Source: Tubiluchus corallicola
Lineage: Eukaryota; Animalia; Priapulida
Assembly: GCA_030141605.1 (NCBI GenBank)
Contig: JAQGDQ010000890.1
Coordinates: forward strand, 19,289 to 83,288
Direction: 5' to 3'
Length of the DNA: 64,000 bases
Of this stretch, positions 22,491 through 37,020 are shown one piece after another. Under the pieces are notes generated by a model. The model had not been told where the DNA came from. It made no database searches and worked only from the letters and a program-made list of their open reading frames with translations. The position numbers were made by a program, and so were the translations under genes. Positions within the stretch are counted from its first letter, which is position 1, and each line of letters begins with the position of its first letter.

Positions 22491-24459
22491 ACGTAATAAA
22501 GTCAGGCAGGTGGTAATTTTTGTCTTTCACAGGTCAGCTCACTTGTTTACAGGATGTAAATATTAAACTGTTGGCGTTGGACCTATCCCGCGCTCGTTGT
22601 GTGCAATTTCTTTAGCTCAAACACTGCCTAAATTCACATCACGACCAAACTAGATGGTCTGTAGTATATATACACAGCATTTTTAAAAGTACGTGGATAT
22701 TGCATAATTATAGTAAATTATACTGCAGTTTGCTCAAACACGAGTTCAAGTTATTTAGAAGTAGAACACGAATGTTGCGGTCTCAAAATTTCCCGTGTTT
22801 ACGATGTCATAAGCAGCGCAAATGGCACTATCTGGCGGCTACTATCTACCATCATATTACTTAATAGTAGATTACTTTACCACTCCTACAAAAAGCTGTG
22901 TTAAAGTATAAAAAGCTAATCTCATATCACGAAGTGTAGACAACAAAAAAGATATGAAATAAAATGAAATTATTTTTTCCAAAATGTTTATTATTATTAT
23001 AAATAGCAGTAGTTGTAGTATAAGCTGCATGTGGTATTAATACCGTTCCTGTAATACTGCAACAAAAGTGTGGCATAAAACCAATGAATTTAGTTGTTTG
23101 AATGGTTTTAATTATATAACAAAAAAAACAATAAGTAAAGACTCTTAAAGTCCAAAAAAATTTTTCTTTAAACAACCACGCTTTTGTATTTTGAAAAAAT
23201 ATTTTTGTATTTTGTATTTTGTTTTTTCGTCGTGGTTCTGAAATTGAAAAAATACCAAATTAATAAAAATACTATCCGCCAAACTGTTAAAACTTTGCCA
23301 TTGAAAAGGAAAAAGAAATAATATTTAAATGTGGTACTAAAACAATTATGTAAGAAGCAGATCGTGTGATATGAATAATTAATAAAAGCCTGGAGGTTTT
23401 GGAGAGTTGAATTAGGCAGTTACTGTGGTATTCATACAGTGTAGACGGTAAACATACAACAGTACTACAAAATCACCAAGGAAGCTTATCTCTCTTGCAG
23501 TTTATAACGTAATGGGCATTTTTTAGTTTAAGTCTCAAATTAAATAAGCCAATGCGACAGAGAAAGTTCTGTTCAGGATTCATACAAAAGAAAGATATCT
23601 TCTTACCTTAGTACTTAGGTCCTAATACAGTTTTAATACAGCTTTGTTTTTTCTTATGAAATGACTAGACCCAGTGACTATATATTTACTTCTAGTTACC
23701 ACTGTGTTTGCCCAACTGTTTAGGACTTTATTAATTAATTATATTACGTATTTCATTTTTTTACATAATTTTTTTGGCAAAAAATTTACGTATTTTTTCT
23801 TTTTTTGTTTTCAGTAGCAGTTTGGTTGTACATCAGTATTTTTAGCCATTTCTTTCTTTGTCAATTTCAAAACACTGAAGGATTTTTAGAATCCGAAAAC
23901 TTGGTTGGTTAGAGAATACAAACTGCTTTGTTGTTTTCTATTATTAAAAGGCTGGAGCCATTGGCTATTGATATACTTTAGCTTTTAATTATAGACGTCT
24001 AAATAGCAAAGTTTATAAACCACAAAGAAAACTACACGTTTATAACTTCATAGTTATGTATACATAAATTTATTTTCTCTTTGATACAATATATAGAATC
24101 ACTTGTAAGTAGGTTTTTCGCTCGCTCTATGTTAATAATAAGGGGCTGAATTGGTTACAAAAAGCCGAAATTTATAAAAACTGCAAACTGCAAAAGAAAA
24201 CTAGATTGTAATATTGCAGTGTTATGCTTCATAAATGGTATCTCTTTAGTATCTTTGTTACTAGTACCTTCATATTATACTTTTCAGCATTTCAGCATTT
24301 TTAAGTAGCAACAGTGTTAGCATAGCATTATAAATTATAAAAGTCATTTTATAACAGCTGATAAATATAGCTATATATATAATATATAATGTGAAATATA
24401 GTGATGAACAAAAAACAATGCACGTTTTTGTCAACAAGTATATATTTCAAGGCTCGTCG

Positions 24460-24520
24460 TATCTAGTAACTAAAATTTAGTAACGCTGCGCCAAGTCAGT
24501 AACTGGATGGGTGATCATAT
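24460..24520 (+). mobile_element. SINE fragment with 5S-rRNA-like internal control region
   Basis: AAATTTAGTAACGCTGCGCCAAGTCAGTAACTGGATGGGTGATC resembles the 5S A/C-box region and is homologous to 59631-59710. Confidence 0.55.
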
Positions 24521-25094
24521 TCGCTCTGGGCGGTTTCGTTGACCATAATGATGGGTTTAGGTCCGTTTCACGAAAAGGTTTTTTAACAGAAAAATCGCGG
24601 TTACCTTTTAAGTTGCAAGACCTGCTAAATTTTAGTCGGATAAAGCCTTCGATTTCTTTTTTCTGTTTGCTTCTCCCTCTCTACCCCTTTCTCCTTTATC
24701 CCCTCTCATTCTTTCCTTCTCTTCCTCGCTGTTCTCCTCTCTTTCTTTCTTTCTTGATTTCTCTCTCTCTCACTCTTTCTCAATACCCTCTCCCTCTCTC
24801 TTTTTGCTTCTAATTATATACAGAGCTTTTTTAACTAAAGCCTATTGAGAATCATTGAAAATGACGCAACGTATCGGGTACAGCAGACGGTCAGAAATTT
24901 GTCGTATATTTAACGCGCTTAACTCATGTTAATATTTTCCCCTGCGCATTGCAATTCTAGCGTTAAACTAGAATCAATTTGCATCGCCATTTGCCATATA
25001 ATCACATCGATCAGATGAATGCATATCCTCCCTAAATCAGTGAAATAATTCAGCATAGCAGTGAAAGGAACTGTCCAAAGTAAGATTCCTAAGC

Positions 25095-25175
25095 AGTCAC
25101 CCAACTAATCAGTCGCCAGGCTCGACATTGCTTCAGTTCGGTAGCCAATCACATGCCGTGATTACTCACCATTGC
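25095..25175 (-). mobile_element. SINE fragment with 5S-like region
   Basis: The minus strand reads GAACTGAAGCAATGTCGAGCCTGGCGACTGATTAGTTGGGTGAC, similar to 5S GAAGCTAAGCAGGGTCGGGCCTGGTTAGTACTTGGATGGGAGAC. Confidence 0.45.
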
Positions 25176-26036
25176 GTATATGCAAAGATCAACATGATTT
25201 GCTATATAAACGTTCTGACGTTACAAATCTACTTTCTTGCCTTAACGAGTTGACCAAATTTTTCATCATATAATCGGCATTAGTCAATTTGCATCATCTA
25301 ACTGCGCTTTAAAAAGGATTTATTACATTTTCTGTGAAATTTATTTTCTGGGAAATGACGGTCTTGGGAAAAAATTCTGGGAAATGGCTATTCTGGGAAG
25401 TAAATTTTTCTGGCAAAAAACTTTTCCTGGAAAACGAGTCACCTCATAATGATTCTGACAATTTCTTTGCTAAGGAGGGGGCGTGTTTATTTCTAAAAGT
25501 GGACCGCTGCAGATTCGGTGTGTAAAGCTACGTTCTTGTACTGCCACAACCGACCATATTAAGTAAGCCCCGGTGAGTGTAGGTTCAGGTTGTGGCGTGT
25601 CAGTTTGTATAAAAAGTAACATAAACTGGTTAATTTAACGAAACACATGTCGAAAATCAAAATTACAAATACACGATATTTTTGGGAAATTTTGAGCAAC
25701 TTCGACTAAAAAAATTAAATATAATAACACATACAATGCTGTTTACTTTATATATATAACACATTTTTAAACATATAAAAATATACAATGATTGTAGTTA
25801 ATGGTGCCTGGTTCGCTAAATATAATATACTCACATATACACTGGGAACACTTGAAATATACAAACACAATCGGCTCACGGTTAACATGCGTTTCTAGTT
25901 AAGCAGGACTTGTTTGTTTAATCATTTATTTCCTAAATTGAAATATTAAAAATGTAACACATCTATAAAGATAACTGCATAAATATAATGAGTAAATTGT
26001 GGTATGCATATTATTAACAAGATTCCAGTTTATATA

Positions 26037-26594
26037 AGGCGGTGTCAAGAAATGATTGAATACATTGTACAGCAGAAATCGAAAAGAATAGATAAAAAAC
26101 TGACAAAACCACGAAAGGGCGATTAATTTTAATAAAACAAAGGAGTTGTTTTTTAATAAAATAATCGGCCATTAAATATCTGTTTATTAGAAAATTATAG
26201 CGTAGTTCTTTTATTACAGCGTCCGCGAATCAATCTTTGTTTTATCAATATTTTCGATAATGGATGCCAAACATATTAAAATCTTGAAGCATTTAATTTT
26301 GAGTAAAGAATGGTCATCTTAACATCTGGCACTGCCGTTATTCGCTCTTCTGAGGACAAAATGGACATTGGACAGGGATACAGCTCATGTTGGTTTCTCA
26401 AAGGAAATCACGTCATTGCTCATTTCTTTAATAAGAACTTTGTTGAAAGTTCATTTCTGACAACAACAAGCGTAAGGAATTTAAAAACCACGTTAAATGA
26501 GAAGCAGTATAATGATTAAAATATCAAAAAATACATTTACATCTATTTTTGATAGCTTTTTATTTTAGAGGTGCCATCATTTCCTGACACTCTG
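26037..26594. mobile_element. Degenerate Tc1/mariner-like MITE
   Basis: Inverted termini GTGTCAAGAAATGAT / ATCATTTCCTGACAC. Confidence 0.5.
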
Positions 26595-28134
26595 TCAGTA
26601 TAATAAGGGTTCACAGCACGAATATAAGATTTATAGGCGTTGTCATTGTATCACTTATTAGTACGCAGTTTAATTGAGTCCTACATTTATTTTCAAACTA
26701 TAATTGGCTATGCTATAGTAAAAGTATGCTATACCATTTTTAGATAGCGGTATGCTTCTGCTAGCGTAGTAAATCTAATATGACAAATAATAATGATAAT
26801 AATTTTCAACGTGCAGTGATGATAGTGCAATGCACATCGAACAATATATACATGATGATAAATCTATGTTGGACTGTACAAACTGAACTTGCAGTGAATT
26901 TAGTATTCGTATGACTTCACATATTGATAACAATAAGGTTTGGCCAGCAGAATTTACTAGTAACTAAACTTTTATATCTTTCTTCTGAATTTCGCCACCT
27001 TTACACACAGTTATGCATTACCAATTAAACTTTCAATATTTCATGTTGTATAAATGTAATGTTAACAAGAGCAAAAGTCAATCAGTGACGTCAGAAATAT
27101 CATTACGTACAAGCATAATGAGCCAGTGAATAAAACCAGCTGAACAGTCAAACATTTCTTACATTAATATAAAAAACATTAATCGTGAAATATAGACATG
27201 TAAAACATATAAACATGATTTTTCGAAATATGTTTAAAACTGAATATACGACCATTATGTATTAATTTTTATGTATGAATATAAATTTATATTGAACCTA
27301 CACGACTGTAAATGACTAATAAAGCTTAATGTAATAGTATTGAGCCGACTCGGCTTACACATGCAGTCAAACGCTGCTCGTTGATAACAACCTTTTCTTA
27401 CAAAATAACAAAATAAGACGCCACTAGCAGCTGTCATGTGAATCTGACGTAAAACAGAATTCATGAGATTGGAGAAAACGTCTTGATCCTTGGACAAAAT
27501 CACTGACATTTGTTGATTTCCTAGTGTATAAAGGTGGGAGACAAAATCATCGTCATAAAAACCGCATCACACGAGAAGAAGAATATTAAGAAAAATATGA
27601 CAAATATTTGTGTATGAGATGGTAAATATTGTGGGATATTCGGTGTGCTAAACGAATGAAAGTCCGAAACCAACGGAAAAATAGCCAACATACCAGCTAG
27701 AGGATCGATGAAAAGTCGGCTTTACTAGCCTTTAAGGAGCAATGGAGAGGGCAAGCGCAGCTCAAAACAGCTGCAGCAAGATTTACACGCAAAAAAATTA
27801 TCAAACATTTGTTATAATTAATATTTCCCAGTTAGGACAGGTACAAAATTACTGCAAGTATGCAAGAAAGCGTTGAAGGTTAATTTTTTGAGGTATTTTT
27901 GAACAAAACTGTAAACAGTAGGCAGGCGAGCAAGCTGAAAGAATCGCCTGAAGGAAAAGATTTCTGAAACAGTCAATAAGACAAAAGAAAGTCTTAAGAG
28001 GAAGTGTTTTTGACAGTAACGAGCCAATGCGAATATTCTGGTTCGCTGAAGTGTAAAGCACAAAGAAATTTTGAATTTAAGCTGAGGAAGTGATCTACAG
28101 GCAAGACATTTTAAAACAGCTTGCGTCATATCAA

Positions 28135-28345
28135 CTGGGGCGTATTAACCAATAGGTTAACTATAGCCTAGGGCGCAGAAGTTTGAGGGACACCACATTT
28201 TAGAAAAAATTCTTATGTCTGTGCATACTTTCATATTCATATTTTGTAACACACCACAGACACTTATTAAGTAGCTTTTCGCATTAGAGAGGCGCGGGGA
28301 CAGAACTATCAGCCTAGGGCGTCGTAAAGCCTGGATACGCCCCTG
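28135..28345. mobile_element. hAT-like MITE
   Basis: TIRs CTGGGGCGTAT / ATACGCCCCTG. Flanks CATATCAA / CATATAAG (6/8 match). Internal AGCCTAGGGCG occurs twice. Confidence 0.7.
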
Positions 28346-29300
28346 CATATAAGATAAGCTTGGGCAGCAGAACGTGAATATTTTTATTGTTACAGAGACG
28401 AAAATAAGTAAGATGCGGTATATCCAGTTGGTATTAACGTTCAAGAAGATTTGCATCATCTAATGACTTACTCATAGAAATAAAGAATTGTTAGCTAATT
28501 AAAATGAGCAATATTAGATTTACAATGTCATAACTTTATATATTAGGTTTGTTGATATTTGTGCAGGCCTAAGTATTGTACATGGCAATTACACAGTTAA
28601 ACAAATTAGTTTTTGCATTTAAACATTTAATTGTTGGCCGATGATGGTGATTCACTGGGTAACTGCATTAACGTGAGCAGAAATTCAGTAGAACCATTTT
28701 GCAAACGAATTTCCCGTATTCCGTCTCAGCTCAGATATTTTCCGGATATTAGTTGCCTTTAGAAGTAGCAATTTCGTAATACTCGTTTCTTTTTGCTTTG
28801 TTGCGAAGTCTGGCACAGCCAAATCTCCCAGTTAAAGTACCATTTGTAAGCATGAACTCCTATTTGAACCTGTAGTGAAAAACAGCAGCATGTCAGGACA
28901 CGTTAGTAATAATATGCTGAACTTTAATTTTAAGTTTAATTAAATTAAAGTTTAACTTTAATTGTAAGTATTACTCGTACGGCAGGAGACCTGACTCTGT
29001 CCATCACGCACGCATGCGCATTAGTTTAGTCAGTTAAATGGTGATTTGTTTTTCAAAGGCCTTTGAAAACTCAGAATATTTCTTCCCAGAATGCCGTCAT
29101 TATTATCAAGCCAGCGCTGTTATGTTCAGTCAATTACACAATATATTATTGTCATTAAATATCAATATTTTGCAATATTGTAATAGTGAACTGTTGTCAT
29201 TGTATCTTTGTGGAAGTGATGGTTTTCACGTTGATGTTAAAATTTTTGATTGCATTCAAAGTTACGTTAGAAGCACTAAACATTTTAACGTGTTCAGACT

Positions 29301-29398
29301 TTAAAGGACAAGAAAAGGGGTACCTGAAGTGGTTTCAGTAAAATCACCTTAAAACTGTATTACTTTACAGCAATTGTGTGCGTATATCGTACTCGCGT
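29301..29398 (+). mobile_element. Kolobok-like terminus, copy 1 of a local repeat
   Basis: TTAAAGGACAAGAAAAGGGGTACCTGAAGT...GCGTATATCGTACT is repeated at ~31535. Confidence 0.7.
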
Positions 29399-31534
29399 AA
29401 ATAAATATATGTATAAGTAAATAAATACTCGGAGATCGATGAGGTTAAAAGGGATGACGACTGTTCTTATCTTAATTTTGTTCTTGCTCAAGTCATGAAT
29501 ACTCAGGTACAGCTATTAGCGAATGCGCACTCGATAATTATTGATATTACAGTAATTAATAGACTCTACATGGACTTGCAATATGCAAGGTGCAAGCAAA
29601 CGAGTAGCATTATTGACCAAACCAAGCGGCACAAGCATCAAATGTATATCCTCGTTGCAGGTTTAACATAAAGATTAGGCTCAATCCGTGTTAGACTAGC
29701 ATATCATAGAAAAGAGACAATTTTATTAGAGATCAATGTTACTCCACCAGGAAACCGGAAACTGTAAACATAGAAGCGAGCAAATGCCGTCGTCTCATTC
29801 AATTAGAACACTCAGCCTCACTCGAGAGAGGCCAGAGATTTGCACTAATTAACATGGTATTGTTGAAGTAGACTGTTAATAAGTGCCAGGCAAGAACGTA
29901 TGATTGATTTGTAGACTTATTAGGGAAAACATCGACCAAGGTCAGTCAACATCTGCAAAATATCTGCAAAAGCCTAAATCTATGATTTCTGTTACTAAAT
30001 AATAAAGTGGTTGTCTAAAAGCCAGTAATAGTTACATTAGTTTGGACAGATCGACTACTTGCATTAGCAATTAACACATCATAATATAATGTACACTCAC
30101 AGATATAATATAACCTAGATTTTGTTCTGGAAATTCTATAGTAGAGTAGTCAAGTAATTGAGTAATTTTACCAAAAAAAATCAGATGTTATTAAAAGAGA
30201 TCACGAAAAAAATCATAAATTCCTTCTCACAGATCAAAAACATGAAAAAGATGCACATGAATCAAAGATGGCTGCTGAGCACAAAACGATTTTGGCGTTA
30301 ATATTTTTTATACAACTCAGTCTCCTGCAAGTCAGTCAACGGTAGGTCCATCTGAAACAGATTGGTCGTGGCAACACTTGGTCCATTACCAAAACTATTG
30401 CCTCTATGTCCTAGAATGAGCCACTATACCAGCAGAGATATCTCGGCCAAATTTGGACGCCCTTATGTCTTCACTCTGCGAGGTAAATAGTCATAATCAG
30501 CACGGCGCATAAAATCGTTTAGAACGCGGTTCGGTACCATTCTTAACTTTGCTCGTCAAGACGACACCGAGACCGCTGCGTCTTAGCATATCAGAATTAT
30601 CATCAGAAATATGATTAGTAAGATATTTATGCCATTTGAGATGGATTAATTTCCTATATAGCTACACAATCCACAGCCATATTCCATTATTTAAAAAAAT
30701 TTTTAAAAATGGAATACTATTAATTGTCAATTTCTATTTATTTGTAATGGCATAATTATTATTATAGTCAAAATATAAATAAACGCTCTCTCTCGCATGA
30801 CTTGTTGAATGAAGATTGTAGCCCGACAGACCTTTTAAAAAAGCTAGTCCTTCAATGGCTTTTCGTTCTTCTCCTTTGTGTAAATAAAATAATTAGCCTA
30901 CGTAATAATATCAACTTGCTAATAACAAACTAGAAAATTAAAAAAGCAAAGCAATGATAACGGTCATTTATCAAAAAACACGTACGACGATCAATTGTCA
31001 GGGGAATGCCTTTCTCAAGCATCACAATGAACGTATGAGTAATAGACACACAAAAACCATTGCAATTTGAAAGTTAATCCTCTGCATGTTGATACATTTG
31101 AAAACGCGACCTTGAAACGCATCTTAAAAACCGTCGCGCATCAAAGCTTTTCTCTGTTTATCTTTATTTCGCTTGTAATAAAACTGATTTCTGACGGCGG
31201 AAGGAAGCACACCAACTACATCAAATTATATCCTTCATTTTGATTTTGAAAAATTGCGACTCTAAATCTCATCACTGTAGTTTGCGCGACCAATTTCAAC
31301 TAGCGAATTAGACGTAATCAGGCAACTATAAGTTAGTAAATCACTCGGGATGTCGGATTATAATAATAAATAGCGTTACTTAAAAGACAGTTTTTCCAAA
31401 TTGGGTATCTTAAAGAAAACTGGAAACAACTTGATACAACAAAAGTAAACAGTTTCTTTCACTCGGCAAGTATCTTCATGCTAGCATCTAGTATCTTCAT
31501 GTAATTTAATCTACGTATCTTTACCACGAGAGAC

Positions 31535-31635
31535 TTAAAGGACAAGAAAAGGGGTACCTGAAGTAGGTTTCAGAAAAATGGTCTAAAAAAATTATATTAC
31601 TTCATAGCAATTTTATGCGTATATCGTACTTGCAC
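31535..31635 (+). mobile_element. Kolobok-like terminus, copy 2 of a local repeat
   Basis: Direct repeat of 29301-29398, starting TTAAAGG. Confidence 0.7.
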
Positions 31636-34329
31636 TGAAAGGAATTTTTGTTCGTTTTCATCTTAAATCTCCGGCAATACTGTTCCGACGGCGCCATTAC
31701 ATGACGTCATATACGCACAACGTAAATCAGGGAAGAAAAGTAAGTACTGAACTATTTTCTATGCAAGTTATATAACCTAGCATTTCGCTTACCTGATTGA
31801 AAGACTTGTGTAACTAGAATAGAAAATTACTAACTATTTAAAATGGTTTCACCAATTGGTAATATGTCGTTGACTTACCTCCAGAGTGCCCCATTCACTA
31901 ACCAAAAAACCTATTTTTAGTCTTATTCACAAGATACAGTAACTTAAAATTTTATTTTGTTAGTGACGTGTGCTCTACGAATGCTGCGATTTACTCAATG
32001 TTATTTAAACTTGTTTCAAATTACTCGTCAAAATGGCTGCGTCTAACGGTCATCGCGGGAGTTTAAATTTAAATGTTTTATACAGCATTACTGCTAACTC
32101 AAATTTTGTACGCAATAAGACAGCAGGTAACTTGAGGTAAGTGGTATAAAATTTCAAGACGAATTTTTTAAACTTTGCGTAAGTGGAGTTTTTTTTTGTG
32201 TTTTAAGTTACTAGGCTTAGAATTCCTAGAAGGAAGACGTGTGAAAAACGACGTGATTATGTGTTATAATATCATACCCAAAGATGTGGATTTAGACTTT
32301 GACATGTTTTTTAACCGTGCACGAGGCGGAGTGATCCTCTATATGTGAAAACGTTTTTCAAAAAGTAGTTTTGCTTATTTTTTCTCAAATCATGTAGTGC
32401 CCATACGGAATTCCCTACCATCACATATATATGGACATCTTTTGGTCAGTTGATTACCAAATTATTTCGAAAACGTTTAAACACCTTGGATTTAAATCAG
32501 TGTTTGTATTACGATAGGCACATGTAAACAAATTGCTATTATTAGTAATTTAATATTACTTTATTTAGATTATTCTGTAATGTTGTGTATCACATTATCT
32601 GGTGCACTTAAGCAGTGTATCTTTGTGCGTCTCTTCCGCTACCTAGTGATCGTTTTTATTGTCATATATTTAGTATTTTTATTTGCTTTATTGTATTATT
32701 TTATGGGTGTCAAAAAAACCAACCACACTGCAGTAAACACTGCTGCTACGTACAACAGTGTAGTTTCAGAAAATTTCATTCGTTCATTCTTTTCACATCA
32801 CAAACACTAATTAAAAATAAGTGTTTAAAAAATCATCGAATTTATGACCTGGGCAAATGTTCAAAGGCTAAATCACCTGCTTATAAGAACCTTTTGAAAA
32901 GTAAAAGTCTAATTAAACCACAGAATTTAATCTAGTTTTAAAAGGTTTTGTGGTTTTCCCTGTTACAAGTGGAAATCCATTTACTTATGCTGGTAAGCTA
33001 TTCCAGACAGGGTCAACCCTATTTGAGAAAAGTCACCAAAATCTTTTTCTCAGTACGTCTAACAAAGAGTTTGAGTGAATGGTTACTTCTGGTTTTGTTG
33101 ACAATAGCCATAGTAAAAAGATAGTCGAAATCTAGATACAGCTCTTTATGGACAATTTTATGAACAATTTTCCAAATGCAAACACAATTTCATTTCATAT
33201 AACGGAAATTATTTGTTTTATACATTTATAGAGACGTCTCAGCGGGCGTTTCAGAAGAACCCACTAATTTCATTTTGAATTATCTCTGCAGAAACTAGAA
33301 TTGACCAGTGACGTTGATCTTGCGGTAAACTCTTACTGAGTAACTAAGTTTTTTTAGCCAAGATTTGAAGTTTTGCCCGCTGCCTTGCTGATTCTAAGCC
33401 ACGAAGTAAAAATCGCACCGTAGCTGTGTGTAAGAAAAAAACGTGTTGTGTCGCATGAACATTTTGAACAAAGCGGTTTTCCCATTGACAATATAAAGCA
33501 TTTTTCACATTTTTTGTTTAAAAGGCAGTGAAAAAACAAAAGTTGCAAAAATTTAGTTTGGATTTAAAAAGAACTGTCAGAACGCTGTAAGAAAACACGT
33601 ATAGGGGTTTGTTTAAAGAGACTTTTATCCCGGGAATTTTGGGTTTGAACACCCTAGGTATCTATTTTTTGAAAAAACTGTGCTTATTGTGAAAAAATGC
33701 TCAAAGAATGCAACAACAAATTGGTTAATATAAAAATTTAATTTAGTTTCATAAATTTTAGTAGTTTGTCAATATTTTTCACTAAGAATAATGAAAGCAC
33801 ACCGTCGTCTTTCTCGCGGATTTTAGGAAACTTTTGAAACCAAGATGCTCTTTTAACACCAAATATCTACATATAATTTACAGTCCGGTCTGGTAGCCGA
33901 GAAAAAGGGATTGACTGGATTGATACAGCTGCCAAACTTTCAAAAATGATTCTTCAGGTCAACTTAACAGCGTTTTGGACGTTTTTATACAATTTCACGC
34001 TTTGGCCCGGGGTACTAAAAGGTCAAGTTGTAAAATTGCTGCAATAGACGAAGATGAGTTTGATGCCACCATCATTTTCCTCATTGCCTCATTTTTACGC
34101 CTATATACCACAGTGATGCTTACGGTTTTACAAAAGCGTTTCTGATAATTAAACAATAGATTAAAAATTTAATTAACGGCGAGCGAGCCCAACTATTGAT
34201 GACATCACAAACTAACATAATTTTCAATAGCAGAAAGATTCCACGAGCGTGTTGCACGTGTTTGCGAAAGCCAAAATTGAAGTACAGTGCTACTGAAAGA
34301 TATTCAGTGTGTTGTACTAAAACTAGGAA

Positions 34330-34658
34330 AGTTTTAAGATAAAAATTCTAATTTCAAATTTACCGTTGTGCTCGCGCATGAGCTGTCAAACGTGTGTAGT
34401 TCGTCACAAACTAACACATCTCAACTGAGAGGTACAGCACCTGTTTTTTGTGCAATGCGCTTCCGAAATGCAGGCGCTAGTGCCCGTCTATCTAGCGAAT
34501 GGCGAAATGCATGCAACAGCGAGGAGCTAGTGGCGCGAACGTGAAATTGTGTTTGAGTGGTAATAATTCTTTCACGTAAATCATTTTTGAAAAAATAGTA
34601 TTTTAAAGAGTAGGTTGTTTTGACCTACAGTCTAAGATTGGGTCCAGTTTTGCTTTAA
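34330..34658 (+). mobile_element. Dispersed repeat (TTAA-ended DNA element arm), homologous to 59805-60140
   Basis: Shares ACACATCTxAACTGAGAGGTACAGCACCTGTTTT...GAAATGCAGGCGC...AACAGCGAGGA. Both copies end ...CTTTAA. Confidence 0.8.
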
Positions 34659-34971
34659 AGAAGTGAAAAACTGTATCGGTTATTGATAGAAACGCCTTCA
34701 TCTAGTTTGCACTGATAATGGTGGATGAATCGAGCAATTGCTGCAAATTTTAACAATAATGACATGCAAGGTTTTTCCGGCATTTAATTTTTGACTTGTT
34801 GATTTAAAGCTGTTGCCTTTTTGGAAAAAATTAAAGGAAGTGTTTGGGGTGTTTATTCAAAGCGTATGCAACATCAGTGTGGCACTTTTCAACAGACTCC
34901 TTATTTTTTTCTTAAAATATCATAAACAAAACTTAAGCACGCTTTTTTGTGCCACATGAGACAATATAAAT

Positions 34972-35239
34972 ATAATGCTTTACATAATACTAAGACCATG
35001 ATGGTAAAGTTTCAGCATGTATTACACAGTGCACAGGTCTGTGCAGTCATACAGTAACTAAATTGAAAGACATAAGACTTGATATGTATTGATATAATTG
35101 CAGAAGTAGACACTGAAGAGCTCTGCTCAAAAGTCTTATGTCTTTCAATTTAGTTACTGCATGACTGCATATACTTGTGCACTGTACAATAAATGCTGAA
35201 ACTTTACCATCGTGGTCTTAGTATTATTTAAAGTATTAT
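34972..35239. repeat. Long inverted repeat (~100-bp arms, 50-bp spacer), foldback/MITE-like
   Basis: 34984-35080 is the near-perfect reverse complement of 35131-35227. Confidence 0.92.
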
Positions 35240-36739
35240 TGAAATTCTATACCACAACGAATCTGTTTAAACATTTATTACAATACGTTAAACCAGTGCA
35301 ATATTCGTACATTCTGCAAAATTATGGTAACGCTTCGACACAAGTATAATAGGTTCGTTGAACACTTTTTCAGACAGCTTAAATAAATTAAACAACTACA
35401 ATAACAGCAAAAAGGAGGGGAACCGTAATAAGGTGAAAGAATTAAAGTTTGTCAAATGCACTAGCAAACTTGCTATTTTCCAGGATGTTTTTACTGCAAA
35501 ATACTCAAAATGCACAGAAATTGTACATTGAGTGAAAAACTTCGCTATATTGCCAATCAGTGTTTTTCAAATTCAGTACAATAGTATAGCAGATCCCCGC
35601 TGCAGTACAATTATTCTTTTATGATAACGATAAGGTATGAAACATAGTAACTTATTACAATATGAAGTAACAATTATAATGTCACAATGTATTGAATATC
35701 ACTATATTGTACTGAATGTCACAATAATAAAAACTTCAAAAAAAGTTTATTACTGATTTTGAGAGGTTTGTTTTGCAAAGAAGCTATCATCATCGCAGTT
35801 TGTTAAACTCTGACTCAGCATTGTTGTCAAAAGGAACAGCAGAAACTAAATTCGCCAAGACAAACTATAGCGATGTTACTTGAAGTAACCTTGTTAAGTT
35901 TACCCTCGTGTAACATGTCTTTGCTGAAATTAAAGGCTAATCAAGTTCACAAGAAAACTAAATTCTCAATTCTCGAAATGTGCGACTGAGTGAAGCCAAA
36001 CATGACCTTGGTTTTCCTTGAACGCAATCAGGAAGATTGGCAGGCATGAGATATGTTGTAGAACTTTCCCGCTGTCAGATAAATTTCATTCACGTTTTAT
36101 ACAAATAATTTTCGGGAGCAACTCATTATATCCCAACGGACCCTAAAAGTGGGGTGAGGGCAGCCCTAGATTAAATATTAACCATTAAGCAAAATCAGCT
36201 CATGCTTGGGGCCTTAGGGGAAGAAGGACCCACACAGTTTTTTCAAATCGAATAATTATCCAAAAGTAAAATATACCGGAATATGTGTGGTTGTTTCTGC
36301 TGTGATTGTTACAACATGACCGTACGGATGGGCATCGAAATTCTGGCTTCTGAACAGCCTGAGCTGCCCACTGTCCATATGGTGATATTGATTCATTATA
36401 TAATGTGTCTTAATATATTTCTAGTGTGGTAATACTTATAAAAATGTGTTGATACTGAAAACAGGATAATCCTGCTTTTGACTGTGTATATTTTATCATA
36501 TTTATGGTGATGATGACCACGTGACTATTGTAAATTAATCTTTCTGCAAGCTTTTTTTTCCATTTCGAAAGATAAAATTTCATTTTACAGTTTATTATTG
36601 TTTCTACTCTCAATTACACAACATGGGGACACCATAATCATTTCAGTGCTTAAAGCCTGTTCAGGTTTTAATCCCGCCCTAAAGAGAAAAGACAAAAACA
36701 AGTTTTATTTACCGTCGGTCATTTAACACACAACAGTTA

Positions 36740-37020
36740 TTACTATTAATACTATTATTAGCACCATTACTGTTATTACTATTACTGTTATTACTATTAC
36801 TATTATTACTATTATTAGCACTAACGTTATTACTACCGTTATTACTAATATTAGCACTAACGGTTATTTAGTGACTTACACTTACAACAATACAGATAAG
36901 GACGCAACACACAAATAACAAATAACATATAGGGTTCATGTCCTGGCGTTTGCAGCCGCTAGACTCGAACTCAAGACTGTATGGTTGCAGTCCAAAATCT
37001 AAACCACTCGACCACACAAC
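36740..37020 (-). mobile_element. tRNA-derived SINE with (TAA/TAG)n tail
   Basis: The minus-strand head has A box TGGTCGAGTGG and B box GAGTTCGAGTC. A short body and a trinucleotide microsatellite tail follow. Confidence 0.65.

Noticed and set aside
36950-37020. Functional tRNA-Cys gene
   Set aside because: The anticodon and T stems do not pair properly, and a body plus microsatellite tail follows, as in a SINE.
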